Translations under genes and position numbers: made by a program
In this document: one piece after another, positions 1 through 42,982 of the stretch
Numbering within the stretch: position 1 is the first letter of the stretch
How the letters are laid out: each line of letters starts with the position of its first letter
Assembly (NCBI RefSeq): GCF_009914755.1
Contig: NC_060930.1
Reading direction: 5' to 3' (one strand)
Origin: the human T2T-CHM13v2.0 reference genome, Homo sapiens
Length of the DNA stretch: 64,000 bases
Notes under the pieces: generated by a model
Told to the model about the DNA's origin: nothing
Databases searched by the model: none
The model's input: only the letters and a program-made list of their open reading frames with translations

Positions 1-739
1 TATCAAAAGTTATTTCCTTAAAAAAAATAAAAATGTATTATACCTAGTGTAAAGGCAGAGTTGAGTTTGATTATATTTATTATGGTAAGTGGGTGGTTCT
101 CTTTTTTCTTTCTTTCTTTTTCTTTTTTTCCAAACCAAACCATTACTTTAGCATTTTAAAATAGAGAAATATTAGGTACTACTATTATATAATAAAAATC
201 AAATTGGACCAAGTATATATAAATGTTTTAACATTTCGGTGCAAAAATGGGTTAAATTCACTTTATTGGCTCTATCCCAGCTGAAGAATTACATTCTGAT
301 AACCTGAATATAATCCCTAATTCCTTGGGATGAATTACTTTTCACTTTTTCTTTTAATATTGCATAAAGTTTATGGCAATAATGAGTTAATGCTCTTAGA
401 TTACAACTCTTTGTGCTAGCTTTTCCCCAAGGAAATAAAAATAAGCTATTTCTGTGTGTGTACTAACTTTTAAAAACATGTAAATATGAGTATTATTAGA
501 AACTCTAATTTCAATAACTACTATAACTTTTGGGGACAGCAAGTAGTTGTTTGTTATTTTGTGCATGGGATAGAAAGGGGTTGTTTTTGTTATTGGTGGT
601 TTTGCTTTGGTCTTTCATGTCTTGAAAATATTTAGCTAAAGAATGTATGCTGTGGAATTGAACTGGCACTTTTGAATAATTTGTCATTTTTTTCACAAGC
701 AAGAGTTCATGTTGGAACTCAAATATAGATAAACTAGAA

Positions 740-985
740 GAACTGATGCTAAGTAAAAGAAGCAAGTCATAAAAGACCATATATTATATTAATTTGTTTA
801 TATGAAATGTCCAGAATAAGCAGATTCATAGAGAAAATAGATTAATGCTTGCCATGGGTTGTGGGAGGCGAAGGGTCATGGGTACAGAGTTTCTCTTTGG
901 GGTGATGAAAATGACCTGTAATTAGATAGTGGTGATTTTTTTTAACTTTATGAATTCACTGAAACCACTGAAGTGTAAACTGTAC
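740..985 (+). mobile_element. Old L1M 3'-end fragment
   Basis: gaagcaagtcataaaagaccatatatt...aaatgtccagaataagcagattcatagaga...tttggggtgatgaaaat...agatagtggtgat, typical of an L1MB/ME 3' UTR. Confidence 0.7.
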
Positions 986-2008
986 CTTACCCTTTCTGAG
1001 GCACACTGGGTAAGGGGCCTGATGCCTTGCCCACCTGGCCTTTCCTCTCACCCACTCACTCCACTCAGGGCTGTGAATTGAAGACCTGGATATGGCTTGA
1101 AAACCACTGGCCTAAGAGATCAAAACTTTTACATTGCTAGGTATGGAGTTTACTCCCAAGTAAAAGCTGGAGTCCATTGCTTATTAAGTATTTCTCTATA
1201 TTAACAGTGTACTAAGAACAGACAAAGAAATAAATTGGGTCATAAATGCTTATTCTTATACACGGGTCCTCTTTATGCATTTCTATTATGGAAACTTCTT
1301 TTTTTCCTTCCTTACCAAGACATTTAGGGTAAGCATATCTCTACACTAAATTATCTGCAGTTGTGATAACCATTGCAAAAGATGTGAAAATCGTTTATAG
1401 TAGATGATATATCCTTTTGGCTTTATTCTGAGACCCAGATACTGCTTCTCTAAAAGTTTCCTTATTTGCTCCCAACTACAATCTGTTTTTTTTTTTTTTT
1501 TCCTTTTCTGCCTGGTAAGAGCTGAATACTCTCAAACCGTCAGATCTTATAACAACCCTTTTTTCTCCACAGGGTTTCCTTGAATTCTTTTTCTTTTCAT
1601 GAATACCTTTTTCTTCTGCACTTTTGCTTTGCATTTGGGAAGCCCTATATCCATATAACTGCAGATCATTATGTAGTTAATATTCAGTTATTCAGGAAAA
1701 GATGGGTCATTGTGAATCTGATGGCAAAGCCTGGTGATAGCATGGGGCTGGCACCTTGTTGCAGGTTGTTTGTTTTGTCAGTGTAAAAACTGATGAATTT
1801 TAAATGATAAGTAGCTGCGGCTTAATCATGTCTCATCTCTGCTTTGCAAGCCAAGAGAATCAAAAGTTCCCTTAATTATTGACTAGAAGCAGACATGTTT
1901 TGATAGAAGGGGAATGGATAGAAAGTGGCAAAACTATATAAGGGTTAACTCAGAACTTAGTTGTTTTCAAAAATAGTTTGGTTTTTGTTTTTGTTTTTTT
2001 CAATTTTT

Positions 2009-2414
<406 letters not shown>

Positions 2415-2440
2415 TCAGTGTCTGTGATTACAAGAAAGTT

Positions 2441-2518
2441 TCTCTCTCCTTCTCCCCTTCTCCTCCTCCGCCGCCTCCTCCTCCTCCTCCTCCTCCTCCT
2501 CCTCCTCCTCCTCCTCCT

Positions 2519-2555
<37 letters not shown>
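2441..2555. repeat. (CCT)n + (CT)n polypyrimidine microsatellite
   Basis: About 20 CCT units followed by a CT run. Confidence 0.95.
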
Positions 2556-3489
2556 AAGAGGAGGGAGTGAGGTATAATGAGTGGTAGGTTGAGCAGCCAA
2601 GTTGGAGCCAGAGGATCATGGGCTTCATTAAGTTCTGTGCAGGTAATGTAAATATTTTAAATGCATCTTCGGAAGGATCACAGTTGATATCTGTATTGTA
2701 AATAGAAACTAGAATTGTGATATACAGTAGAAAACTGGGGCTTGGAGAACAATAGTTCATGGGATAGGATGATGGGGTGGGTGGGGTTGGGATAGTGTTA
2801 GTCCATATCACCCTAAATGATTATCAAACTAATCATTTAGTAATACCTAAGGGAACAGTGACATTTTATACCACTATTAAAAATGTAGTTCAGGTAAAAT
2901 AATTATATGTCTGCATAGTTGGGAAAGGACAAAGAAATTGACAGTATTCCTTCCCAAACAGAGCACCAATGTGGCCCTGCTCTTTCTCTCTTATTTATTG
3001 TCTTACCTTTTTCCCCACTAGAATATATGCTGGCTTGTGTGTAGCCAGCATCGGCTCTATGACTAATTTCCATTAACACAGCTTGGTTAAAACCATATAA
3101 TAGCCACAATACTCTGTCATCACTATATTAATAGCAAATTGAAAATTTTTTTAGTGATAAGAACCAGCCAATAGTTTGGAAAAATTAGTTTGGAAAAATT
3201 TCAAAACTAATTATACTTTTTGGCCCAAGTTTTAAAATATTGGGGAAATGAACTAGGTATGGTTTATTTTCAACAGAGAATGAAAAAGTATAAACATATC
3301 ACTGGATATATTTAGTGATGAGTTCTTATTGCCAAGTGTTTTCATGAGACTGCTTTATTTCAAAAATGCATAAAACTACCAAAACTGTTGACATTTAATT
3401 GCATCAATTTACATCGGCTCTGATTTTGTTATAGATAGTTATTGCCTTCCATTTTACTGAGAGAAGTGTAATTGTTTTCAACCTTATAG

Positions 3490-33614
<30,125 letters not shown>

Positions 33615-34013
33615 AGTATTCATCCGGCCAACCAATGTTTCCTGACGTACAGTGTTGCCCTTTTCAGCAAATGCCAATTCCAAGTTCCATTAAATCAGAA
33701 GCTCCATGGCTCCTTGGCCCACGATGTTGAGTGCTGACTGTGTGTTCTACTGAAAGAGTAAAACACTGACTATCCAAAGAGAAATGGATATTTTGTTTTT
33801 ATAATAACCATATATTATTGTTTTCTTCTTCCCTTTCTATGCAAGTGTAAATTAATGAACAGAGAGGTATTTGGAAATGGTAATACATTTGTCACGGATT
33901 TGTATAATGTATACAGCATTGGGAAAGTGGGTGGGGGCTTTCTAATATGATACCGTCTTTTTAATAACTATGACAAAGCTTACATGAGAATTAGAAGACC
34001 ACTTTACATTTTT

Positions 34014-34020
34014 ACATTCC
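34014..34020 (+). promoter_or_regulatory. miR-1/miR-206 7mer-m8 seed site in 3' UTR
   Basis: ACATTCC; miR-206 is a known utrophin repressor. Confidence 0.7.
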
Positions 34021-35213
34021 TTCTGCTGTTCATATTAACCTTGCACAATTACTTCATTTTTTCTTTGACTCTTTTACCACAATGTTTTGGTTATTTATAA
34101 TTTATCAGCCATATGTTTATCAGCCATATAACCAACTAGATCCCAAATAGATCCATGTATTTGTTTCCGTGATTTGGCCACATTAATAAATTCATAAATT
34201 TCAATCAAATATCTTATATATACACACATATGGTTTAAGCTACAGCCCTGTGTATGCCGTTTAACTTTATTTGACGTTGCCCACTTACTTCTTTGCTGAC
34301 CACTTGGATAACCGTAATAAAAATCCTATAAGCCTAAATGGCATTTCTTTTGGGATATTTTTCCTGCATTTTATTCCCTTTTTATATAAGTAGGAATTAA
34401 TTATTTATTTTATGTCTTAATCTATTTGATAAAGAAGACTACATTATAATAATCTCAAAGATCATATTACCAAAGGTTGCCCACTTGAGCATATTTTCAT
34501 TTTGACACAGAAACAAAATTTAGTACAACCTTTCCTAGTTCCCATGTCTTGATTTTCATCATTACATGCACAGCAGACCTTTACCTATTGTGATACCAGA
34601 ACACATCATTGTCTTTGGTTCCCGTCAAAGAGAATTTTATTGTTGTTTTGTATTTTCAAGTCCTTAATAGTTCTTGAAACTCCTAGTTGTTTTCTTGTTG
34701 AAAGCAGACACACATTTAGTGCACGGCTTATTTTACCTTTCGGGTGAAAGATCAGATGTTTTTATACCCTTCACTTGATCAATATATTTGGAAAGAATGT
34801 TTATCAAAAGTCTATGTCACTGCTTCTACAGAAGAATGAAATTAATGCTTAGGTGATGGTACCTCCACCTACATCTTTTTGAGTGCATTCAATTATGTAT
34901 TTTGGTTTAGCTTCTGATTTAACATTTAATTGATTCAGTTTAAACATGTTACTTAATTAGCAAATGTAGAGGAACCAAAAAAAGGTGAAAATAATATGTT
35001 TTGATTCAAACCTAAAGACATAAAAACATAAAGACATTTTAACTTTGGGTTCTCTTTAGCTGGGATCTGGCCAGAAGGAGGCTTAAAGTTAGAAATTGCT
35101 ATTATTTTAGAATAGGTTGGGTGGGTTGGGGGGCAAGGGTGTCTATTTGCAGCAGAGATATTTTGAAAAGAAGAAAATTGTTTTATATAAAAAGGAAAGC
35201 CATGACCACCTTT

Positions 35214-35221
35214 CTACCTCA
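35214..35221 (+). promoter_or_regulatory. let-7 8mer seed site in 3' UTR
   Basis: CTACCTCA preceded by agccatgacc (possible 3' supplementary pairing); let-7c repression of utrophin through its 3' UTR is established. Confidence 0.8.
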
Positions 35222-35629
35222 GATCCATCTTCATCCATTGCATTGGAAACTGCTTTATGCTGCTGCAGTCTGCAAAGTCTAGAGCTTTTATCAGGCCATG
35301 TCATACCCAAGAAAGCACCTATTTAAAGAAAAAACAATTCCCTGAGCTCTCAACTCCAAGTTGTAGATTTGGTGTCTTCCTTGTTCTTACTTTAAAAAGT
35401 CATGTGTTAATTTTTTTTCTGCCTGTATTTGTATGCAAAATGTCCTCTATCTGCTATTAAAGAAAAGCTACGTAAAACACTACATTGTAACCTTCTAAGT
35501 AATAATAAATAAAAAGAAATATATTGCAGTAACAATGGGAAGTAAGTATGTAGTTCTTTTGAAATATGTGGTAAAGAAATAATCACAGACTATCATCTAA
35601 TCTGGTTACATATTGTATTTTTCATCCTG

Positions 35630-35635
35630 AATAAA
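35630..35635 (+). terminator. Distal polyadenylation signal AATAAA
   Basis: cctgAATAAAagtaattttaacacaa; last canonical hexamer of the UTR-like block. Confidence 0.75.
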
Positions 35636-36342
35636 AGTAATTTTAACACAAGATGACTTTGATATTCTTCAGCTGGATTCACTGATAGAATGTGAGTTTT
35701 GAATGCACATTTATGAAAACAAGATATAGAGATAGCCTGTGTCCTGATACATCTACATTTTTTCCTGCAGTTTCTCTCATACACACTAATACAGTCTCCT
35801 GTTGCTCTCATTCTCTCTCTCTCCCCATCTCTTACACATACATATAATTATATGATTCTCAATTTATTTTCCAGATAGAAGGTTTATTGATAGAGAAAAG
35901 TAATATTGGATGTAAAAATGTGTACATAAAACCTGTTGAGTGTTTTAATAACTAGATGCTGTTGACATTAAGTTCCTTTCAAATGTACTTTTAGTTTCAT
36001 GCTCTCAAATACTGTATGCTTTTTATCCGTACACTGGATTTTAACCACTCTAGTAGGTTTAATCAATTTCTGAAGCCATTCAGTGGGAAACAATGTTGAG
36101 AATCATGTTGCTTGATTCTAAAATTAAAAGCTGTCTATGAACTAGAAAAATCATCTAAAATATAATTTGTTAAAATAAAGAAAACTGATACATTCTGATG
36201 AACAAACATTTTAAACATCCTGTGTACCACTAAGTAATGCTGACATTAAGCATTCCTGAAAAAACACTTGATTTCCAGCAACTTGTTGACTAGGTAGCTG
36301 AAAATAGAAGTGAGAACAAATGAACAAGTTTTGCTTTCATAC

Positions 36343-36730
36343 TGCTGTGGTTTGAATGTGTCACCCACAGTTCATGTGTTGAAAATTTAATCCCCGATTC
36401 CATAGTGTTGAGGGGTTGGACCTTTAAGAAGTGATTGGATCATGAGGTCAGAGGTCATGAATGGATTAATGTCATCACAGAAGTGTGTTTGCTATCTCAA
36501 GTGGGTTTATTACCAAAGCACGTTGGGTTCTCTCACTTTCTCTTGCATGTTCTCTGCCCTGTCACCTTCCACCATAGGATGACGCAGCAAGACAGGCCTT
36601 ACCAGATGCTGGCACCTTGATATTGGACTTCCCAACCTCCAGAACGCTGAGAAATAAATTTCTTTTCTTTGTAAATTACCCAATCTGTGGTATTCTGTTA
36701 TAGCAACACAAAATAGAATAAAGATGTATA
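36343..36730 (+). mobile_element. MST-family MaLR solo LTR
   Basis: tgctgtggtttgaatgtgtc...gttcatgtgttgaaaatttaatcccc...tattctgttatagcaacacaaaat. Confidence 0.85.
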
Positions 36731-36817
36731 CTGTGCCTTCAAGTTGTTATATATCACATATATATATAATATATATGTTACAATCAAGGCACAGTATACT
36801 ATATATACTGTGAAGGC

Positions 36818-36930
36818 ATAGAGATAGATGATAGATGATAGATATAGATAGATAGATAGATAGATGATAGATAGATGATAGATAGATATAGATAGATGAT
36901 AGATAGATAGATAGAGATAGACAGACAGAT
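36818..36930. repeat. (GATA)n tetranucleotide microsatellite
   Basis: Direct reading. Confidence 0.95.
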
Positions 36931-37209
36931 AATCTTTGTAGTTTGCTCCTGTGTATCTTTTCTCCCACCCACATTCACTGTTTCAGTATGCCAGCTTTTT
37001 CAAAGGCCTTTCTAAATTCATTAGTGGAGAATTTAATGATAATACAGTAAACCACCACTAACGCTACTACTTAAACCTATGAGTAGGATCCAAAAGCTTC
37101 ACTGACATACAATGTCAGCTTGTGTTTTTGTGAGGTTAATTAAGTAACCAGAATGAGGCTGCTACAGACAGCAGGAGATAATCACAATTACATCGCATCC
37201 ACTGCCTAT

Positions 37210-37730
37210 GGTATCAGTTATCTATTGCCACAGTCATGCTGCATGGGAGCCATAAAATCTTAATAATAAGAATTTATTTAGCTCATGGTATATGGGGTTC
37301 AGCTACTCTGGGCAGACTCTTCTGATCTCAGTTAGACTTGCTCACACATTTGTGGCCAGCTTTGGATCACTTGAGGGCTCTGCTGATCCTGGCTGGGTTG
37401 CACCCAGGTCTGGGAGCTGATTGGCTGTTGACCAATGTGGCATGGTTAACCTAGGATGACTGGGGACACTTGGATGAGTTCCTTGATTCACTAGCAGGCT
37501 AACCTAGGGATGTTCTCATGCAATGACAGAAGTGTGGGCATGCAGAAGGAGGCCTTTGCTGAAACGTGGCACATCTTTACTTCAGCCAAATTCTGTTGGT
37601 CAAAGCAAATTACACATCTTGGTATGGGGAACACATTTCATGTCTGTACTGAGAGAAACTGCAAAAGTCAAGGATAAAGGATAGGTATAGCTATAGAAAG
37701 CATAATGAACTGGTGGCCATTAGGTTTTAT
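37210..37730 (-). mobile_element. Old MLT1-family LTR
   Basis: tatcagttatctattgcc...ttctgttggtcaaagcaaat...aactgcaaaagtca. Confidence 0.65.
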
Positions 37731-38446
37731 GTAAACCTTGAGATAGGCAAAGCGGAGAACTTGGAGCCAGAATATAAAGTATCCATTTCCTTAGGCTTCA
37801 TGTCCACTGCTCCAGTGGAAGGAAAAGGCAGTAGCCTCTTTACAGGGGCTTCTTTTAAAACAAAGGTCGAAAAGATCAGCCCTTTCACTCCAAACTAACA
37901 AAGCAATTTCAAAAGAAAAAACAAGTAGGAAAATCTATCATGCCTGTGCCTAAAGTCCCAAGAGAAGAAGACCTCAGAACTGATACTAAAATTAGGAAAA
38001 ATAAAAACAGGAAAGGAAAAAAACTGTGAGAAATGGAATAAAGATGCTACAATAAACTGCTCAGATGAACCTTTGTTCAGGTTTAGCATTAAAAAATTTT
38101 AGCTGGAAGAACACACAACATGTAGGAGGCTCCTCACTTTGACCAAATCAGTAGGGCACATGTGCTACAGTGCCCCTCCCAAGGGGCATGCTTAAAAGCA
38201 TGCAATTTATTTGCACTTTGCATAAACTTACAAACTTAGCTCTAATCTCTCATTTTAGAGGCCTTCAAATTGTGGCATATTTTAGAGTATTTGCAGTTGA
38301 CACATATGCTTAAATTCAGATATTCTTTTAGAGACAGCTTCTTTTTTGGTAGTTTTGAATTTTGTGGGTAATTAGGAGAAATGAACTGACAATTTGCCTT
38401 CAGCTTAGCTCTGTCCTCAGACCAGAAATCACAAATTTTGAATTTG

Positions 38447-38963
38447 TAATGGTATTAGAGTTCTCCAGAGAAACAGAACCAATAGGATAGATATAGATAT
38501 GTAGAAAGAGATTGACTATGAAATATTGGCTGACATGAATGTGGAGGCTGAGGTGTCCCACCATCTGTCGTCTGCAAGCTGGAAGCCCAGGAAAGCTGGT
38601 GGTGAAGTTCAGTCCAAAACCCAAAAACCTGAGAACTAGGGGAACCAGTGGTGTAAGTCCCAATCTCAGCCCAAAGGCCTGAGAACCCAGAGTGCTGATG
38701 TCTGAAGGCAGAAGATGGGCTTCCAGGCTTGCACAGGAAGACCAAATCTGCCCTTCCCCCCACCTTTTTGTTCTATTCCAGCCTTCAGTGGACTGGATGA
38801 TGCTTTCACATTGGTTAGGGCAATCTTCTTTACTCAGTGTACCAATTCAAATGCTAATCTCTTACACAAACAGCCTCACAGACATACCCAGAAATAACAT
38901 TTTACCAGCTATCTGGGCATCCCTTACCCCAGTCAAGATGACACATAAAGTCAACATCATCAT
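38447..38963 (-). mobile_element. MLT2-family (ERVL) solo LTR
   Basis: gttctccagagaaacagaaccaatagga...cccagtcaagatgacacataaa. Confidence 0.8.
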
Positions 38964-39147
38964 AATTAAATGAGAAGAGTTTCCAGGTTGCCATGGGATG
39001 TAATTACGCTTAGTCCTTGATATTATTTTTTCTAGGGCCATTTTTCAAAAATATTAAAATATTGATTTTTAAATGTTTTGTTTGTTTCTTTGCCTAATTA
39101 AGAATAGGAATTTCCTGGCTTCTCCTATAACTGACTAAAACATCCAA

Positions 39148-39453
39148 GGCCAAGCATGGTGGCTCATGCCTGTAATCTCAGCACTTTGAGAGGCTGAGGC
39201 AGGAGGACCACTTGAGGCTGGGAGTTCCAGACCAAACCTGTGCAACATAGTGAAGCCCCTGTCGCTACAAAAAAAAAACGATTTGTTTTAATTAGGCAGG
39301 TATAGTGATACGTGCCTATAGTCCTAGCTACTCAGGAGGCTGAGGTGGGAGGATTACTTGAGCCCAGTAGTTTGAGGTTACAGTGAACTGTGATCACACC
39401 ACTGCACTCTAGCCTGGGTGACACAGCAAGATCCTATCTCTAAAAAAAAAAAA
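39148..39453 (+). mobile_element. AluJ-like element
   Basis: Diverged dimer with gggaggattacttgagccca J-type right arm. Confidence 0.92.
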
Positions 39454-41565
39454 TATATTATCCAGTTGGAATGTGACTGCCATGTAATAAATACAACTGT
39501 AAGGACCATTTAGTTTCTCTCTTCCAACCTCTCCTTTATTTTGAAGGTCTGGCTCTTTTGCATACAGGTAAAAGCTTACTCATATTTCTCTTCAGATCTT
39601 TTTTTCTTTTTTTAAGAAGAACAATGCTGTAGATCGTCACAGCCTATTTGAAATATTTTATAACTCTATTCCTTTAGTGTTTTGAGAAAGCATGTACTAA
39701 TTCTTAAATTTATTTCTCATAATATTGATAACAAAAGGAATTCTATATAGCAATTACTGGAAATGTGCCCTGTGAATATAAACTAATTCTCTTGAGATTA
39801 ATCATCAAGTATCAGTTCTCTTTAGTTTTATCACCACCCGTAGATAAATTAAGTGGAGTTCCTGAATCAGAACAGCTTAGGACCAAACCCATACATATAA
39901 GGACACCAGAGTATATGTCACTGTATTTGTCCTAGCCTCAGAGACGAATTGTTTAGTCATTTTAACTTTAACTGGTTTTGCAAGTTTAAACACAACTTTA
40001 TATTAGAGCAGTAAATTGTGGTCCTCATAGCACCCTCCTCAGAATCATCTGGAGTCTCGGTAGACTCTCCCCAAAAATACTGAATATGAAGCTCCACAGA
40101 CCATGCTCAGGAATCTGTGTTATATATGTCTGCCGGTTTCAGACAAATGCCACCAAAATAAGCTATTGATGGTACAAAGCTGTGCTATTTTTAAAAGCCA
40201 TAAGAGAACAGTCCTTGACAGTTTTTGTGGCATCTCAGAGGGGAAACATCTTGAATGGGATTGCATAAGGAGAATGCTGTAATAGTTGAAGATTGGGAGA
40301 CGTAGCAAGGCAAAGGTTTTGAGGCAAAGATTTTGAAGAATCTTGGGGAAAACAGCTGTTTGATGCTATTAAATAATTTAACAGTTTGATGTTCATACAA
40401 GTGAAGTTTTAGAAAATTTTTGGAACAGATAAGTTACAATATAGTCATGATCTTGAAGACAGAGGAATATCAAAGCTATGTTAGTGAAGATAATGAACGC
40501 ATAAAGTCATGTCAATGTAGAGAAAGCTGCATGGGTGTAAGATGCTTTTGGTTCTCAGCTTCTTCAGCCAGAGTTAAAGGATAAATCATTAATATCTGGA
40601 GGCAGGATCAAGCCACACCTTCACCGCAATTTGGAGTGTCATGATTATGTATTATATTCCCAGGATGGTCTTTTCAACCACTGTAAGTGTCAGGTTTTCC
40701 TGTTCCTTTTGTTGGATGATCATTTGTTGGACCGTTACATGGGACAATGGCTGCACAGAGTATGCAAAATGCTGGAGATCACAAATTCAAGTTCTGCAAC
40801 CTAGAAGAAGAGCTGCTGTAAAAATGAGCTGCTGATTAAAGCAGCTCTATTCTCAACCACCACTTGCTCAATTTCATGAACCTCGCAGGCCAGGACTTCT
40901 ATAGTCTTGGTGATATTGTCTAACTCCCCTGCTAGTATATGAAATGTAGTATGTATGATTCTTTTAATTTTTTGGACTTCTCTCTTGAAAAGAGAAGAAA
41001 GTAACCCAGAATGCTCCTTGAATAGTTATGGCTCCAAATCAAGTCAAAATTTTTATCCTTCTTGAAATGTTATCAAACAATCTCTTTGTCTAAGAAAAAA
41101 ACTGATTGGCCAAAATATATTCTGATTGATGTCAGAGATTATCCAGAAAGTGGGCATCAGTTTAACAACACAAGGAGCCCCTAATCCAGGCAGTAGCCAA
41201 AAATCCAATACTTGTCACTGGGGAACCATCCAATAATCTTTCTTTCTTTCTTTTTTAGCCAAAATATCCCTATGAAACAATGGTGAACCCTTGCCAAGAA
41301 ATTTTGAACAATTTTCATACAATTCATCAAAAGTGGCATGACACCAGACAATGAAATTTGTAGTATTGATATCATTAGATGGAGATAAAGAAAAGGGAAA
41401 GTGTGCCTTTTAAGAGCTGCAAAAGTTTAAGACAGCCGTCAAATATATACCCTCTGTTTCCAAGTTCTATTTCTGTGAAAGTTCAGTGCCAAAGACTAGG
41501 TTTCATGAAAGTTCCCCGAATATAGTCTTGGCAGGGGTAGGAACCAACCTTTCTAGGTAAGATGT

Positions 41566-41926
41566 TGATATGTTTTGGCTCTATGTCCCCACCCAAATCT
41601 CACTTTGAATTGTAATAATCCCCACATGTCAAGGGCAGGGCCAGGTGGAGATAATTGACTCATGAAGATGGTTTCCCCCACACTGTTCTCATTATAGTGA
41701 ATAAGTCTCATGAGATCTAATGGTTTTTACAAATAGAAGTTCCCCTGCACAAGCTCTCTTGCCTACGACCATGTTTCTTGTGACTTTGCCTCTCCTTTAC
41801 CTTCTTCCATGATTGTGAGACCTCGCCCAGCCAATGTGGAACTGTGAGTCCATTAAACCTCTTTCCTTTATAAATTACTCAGTTTCGGGTATGTCTTTAT
41901 CAGCAGAATGAGAACAGGCTAATACA
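41566..41926 (+). mobile_element. THE1-family MaLR LTR (5' LTR of the chimeric element)
   Basis: tgatatgttttggctctatgtccccacccaaatctcac...taaattactcagtttcgggtatgtctttatcagcag...ctaataca. Confidence 0.9.
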
Positions 41927-42472
41927 GTGAATTGGTACCAGGAGTAGTTGTAGAGGAACAGAATTCTAAGGATGAATTTATTTAGTTGGTTTTGGGGTTT
42001 CTGGAGGTGGATGCTTAATATTATTAGACCCCAAAATGCTAAGGACTCGACTTCTAATAGTATGGAGAACACTCATACTTCTTGGCAAGAACTGTTTCAA
42101 GGGTTATGCAAAATAAATGCATTCAATACTCCTAATTCACTGCTTGTGAGAGGCAAGGAGTTTAGTGACTCTATACATAACACTTTTGACTATATGTGGA
42201 GAACCAAGGAATATAATGAAGTTGGTTGGTTGCTCCTAAGTTCGCTAGGCAAAATGATGAAGGAAAACAATGAACTCAGGGATTCTAACTCCCTGTTCCA
42301 GAAGCACATACTGAACCTCAAATCTGCTAAGATTGCCCTGAGTTAGAGTCTTATCTCCTGTAGAGAAAGAGCTGAAATTGTGGAAAATCAGACACAAGCT
42401 CTCATCATGTGAGTGGCTGACCTGCAAAGAAAGGGCCACACGCAGCCTCGCCAGATGTCTACTGTTAAAGTG
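41927..42472 (+). mobile_element. HERV-L internal 5' region (PBS and gag start)
   Basis: ttggtaccaggagtagttgtagaggaacagaat...; ORF 41972..42346 (WGFWRWMLNIIRPQNAKDSTSNSMENT..SWQELF) resembles the ERV-L gag N-terminus. Confidence 0.85.
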
Positions 42473-42982
42473 TCAACTTGATTGGATTGAATTATGCAAA
42501 GTATTGTTCCTGGATGTGTCTGTAAGGGTGTGGCCAAAGAAGATTAACATTTGAGTCAGTGGACTGGGAGAGGCAGACCCACCTCATCCTAGGTGGGCAC
42601 CATTTAATCAGCTGCCAGCATAAAAGCAGGAATGGAAAGAGTAGACTGGCTAAGTCTTCTGGCCTCCATCTTTCTCCTGTGCTGGATGCTTTCTGCCCTT
42701 GAACCACAGACTCCAAGTTCTTCACCTTTTGGATTCTTGGACTTACACCAGTGATTTGCCAGGGGCTCTTGGGCCCTTGACCACAGACCGAAGGCTGCAT
42801 TATCGAATTCCCTACCTTTGATGTTTTGGGACTTGGACTGGCTCCCCGGCTCCCCAGCTTGCAGATGGCCTAATGTGGGACTTCACTTTGTGATCATGTG
42901 AGTCAATTCTCCTAACAAACTCCCTTTCATATATACATCTATCCTATTAGTTCTGTCACTCTAGAGAACCCTGACTAATACA
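42469..42982 (+). mobile_element. MLT2A-like HERV-L LTR (missing its first ~15 bp)
   Basis: agtgtcaacttgattggattgaa...gattaacatttgagtcagtggactgggagaggcagacccacc...ctagagaaccctgactaataca. Confidence 0.9.

Larger units (their letters stand above)
33615..35655 (+). other. UTRN: UTRN 3' UTR (~2 kb, AU-rich, repeat-free)
   Basis: Follows the stop codon. AATAAA at 35504/35508 and 35630. The 3' end is approximate, placed ~20 nt after the last signal. Confidence 0.85.

Noticed and set aside
41972-42346. 124-aa HERV-L gag ORF as a domesticated gene
   Set aside because: It is truncated, has stops and frameshifts right after it, and most of gag is deleted; there is no sign of preservation.
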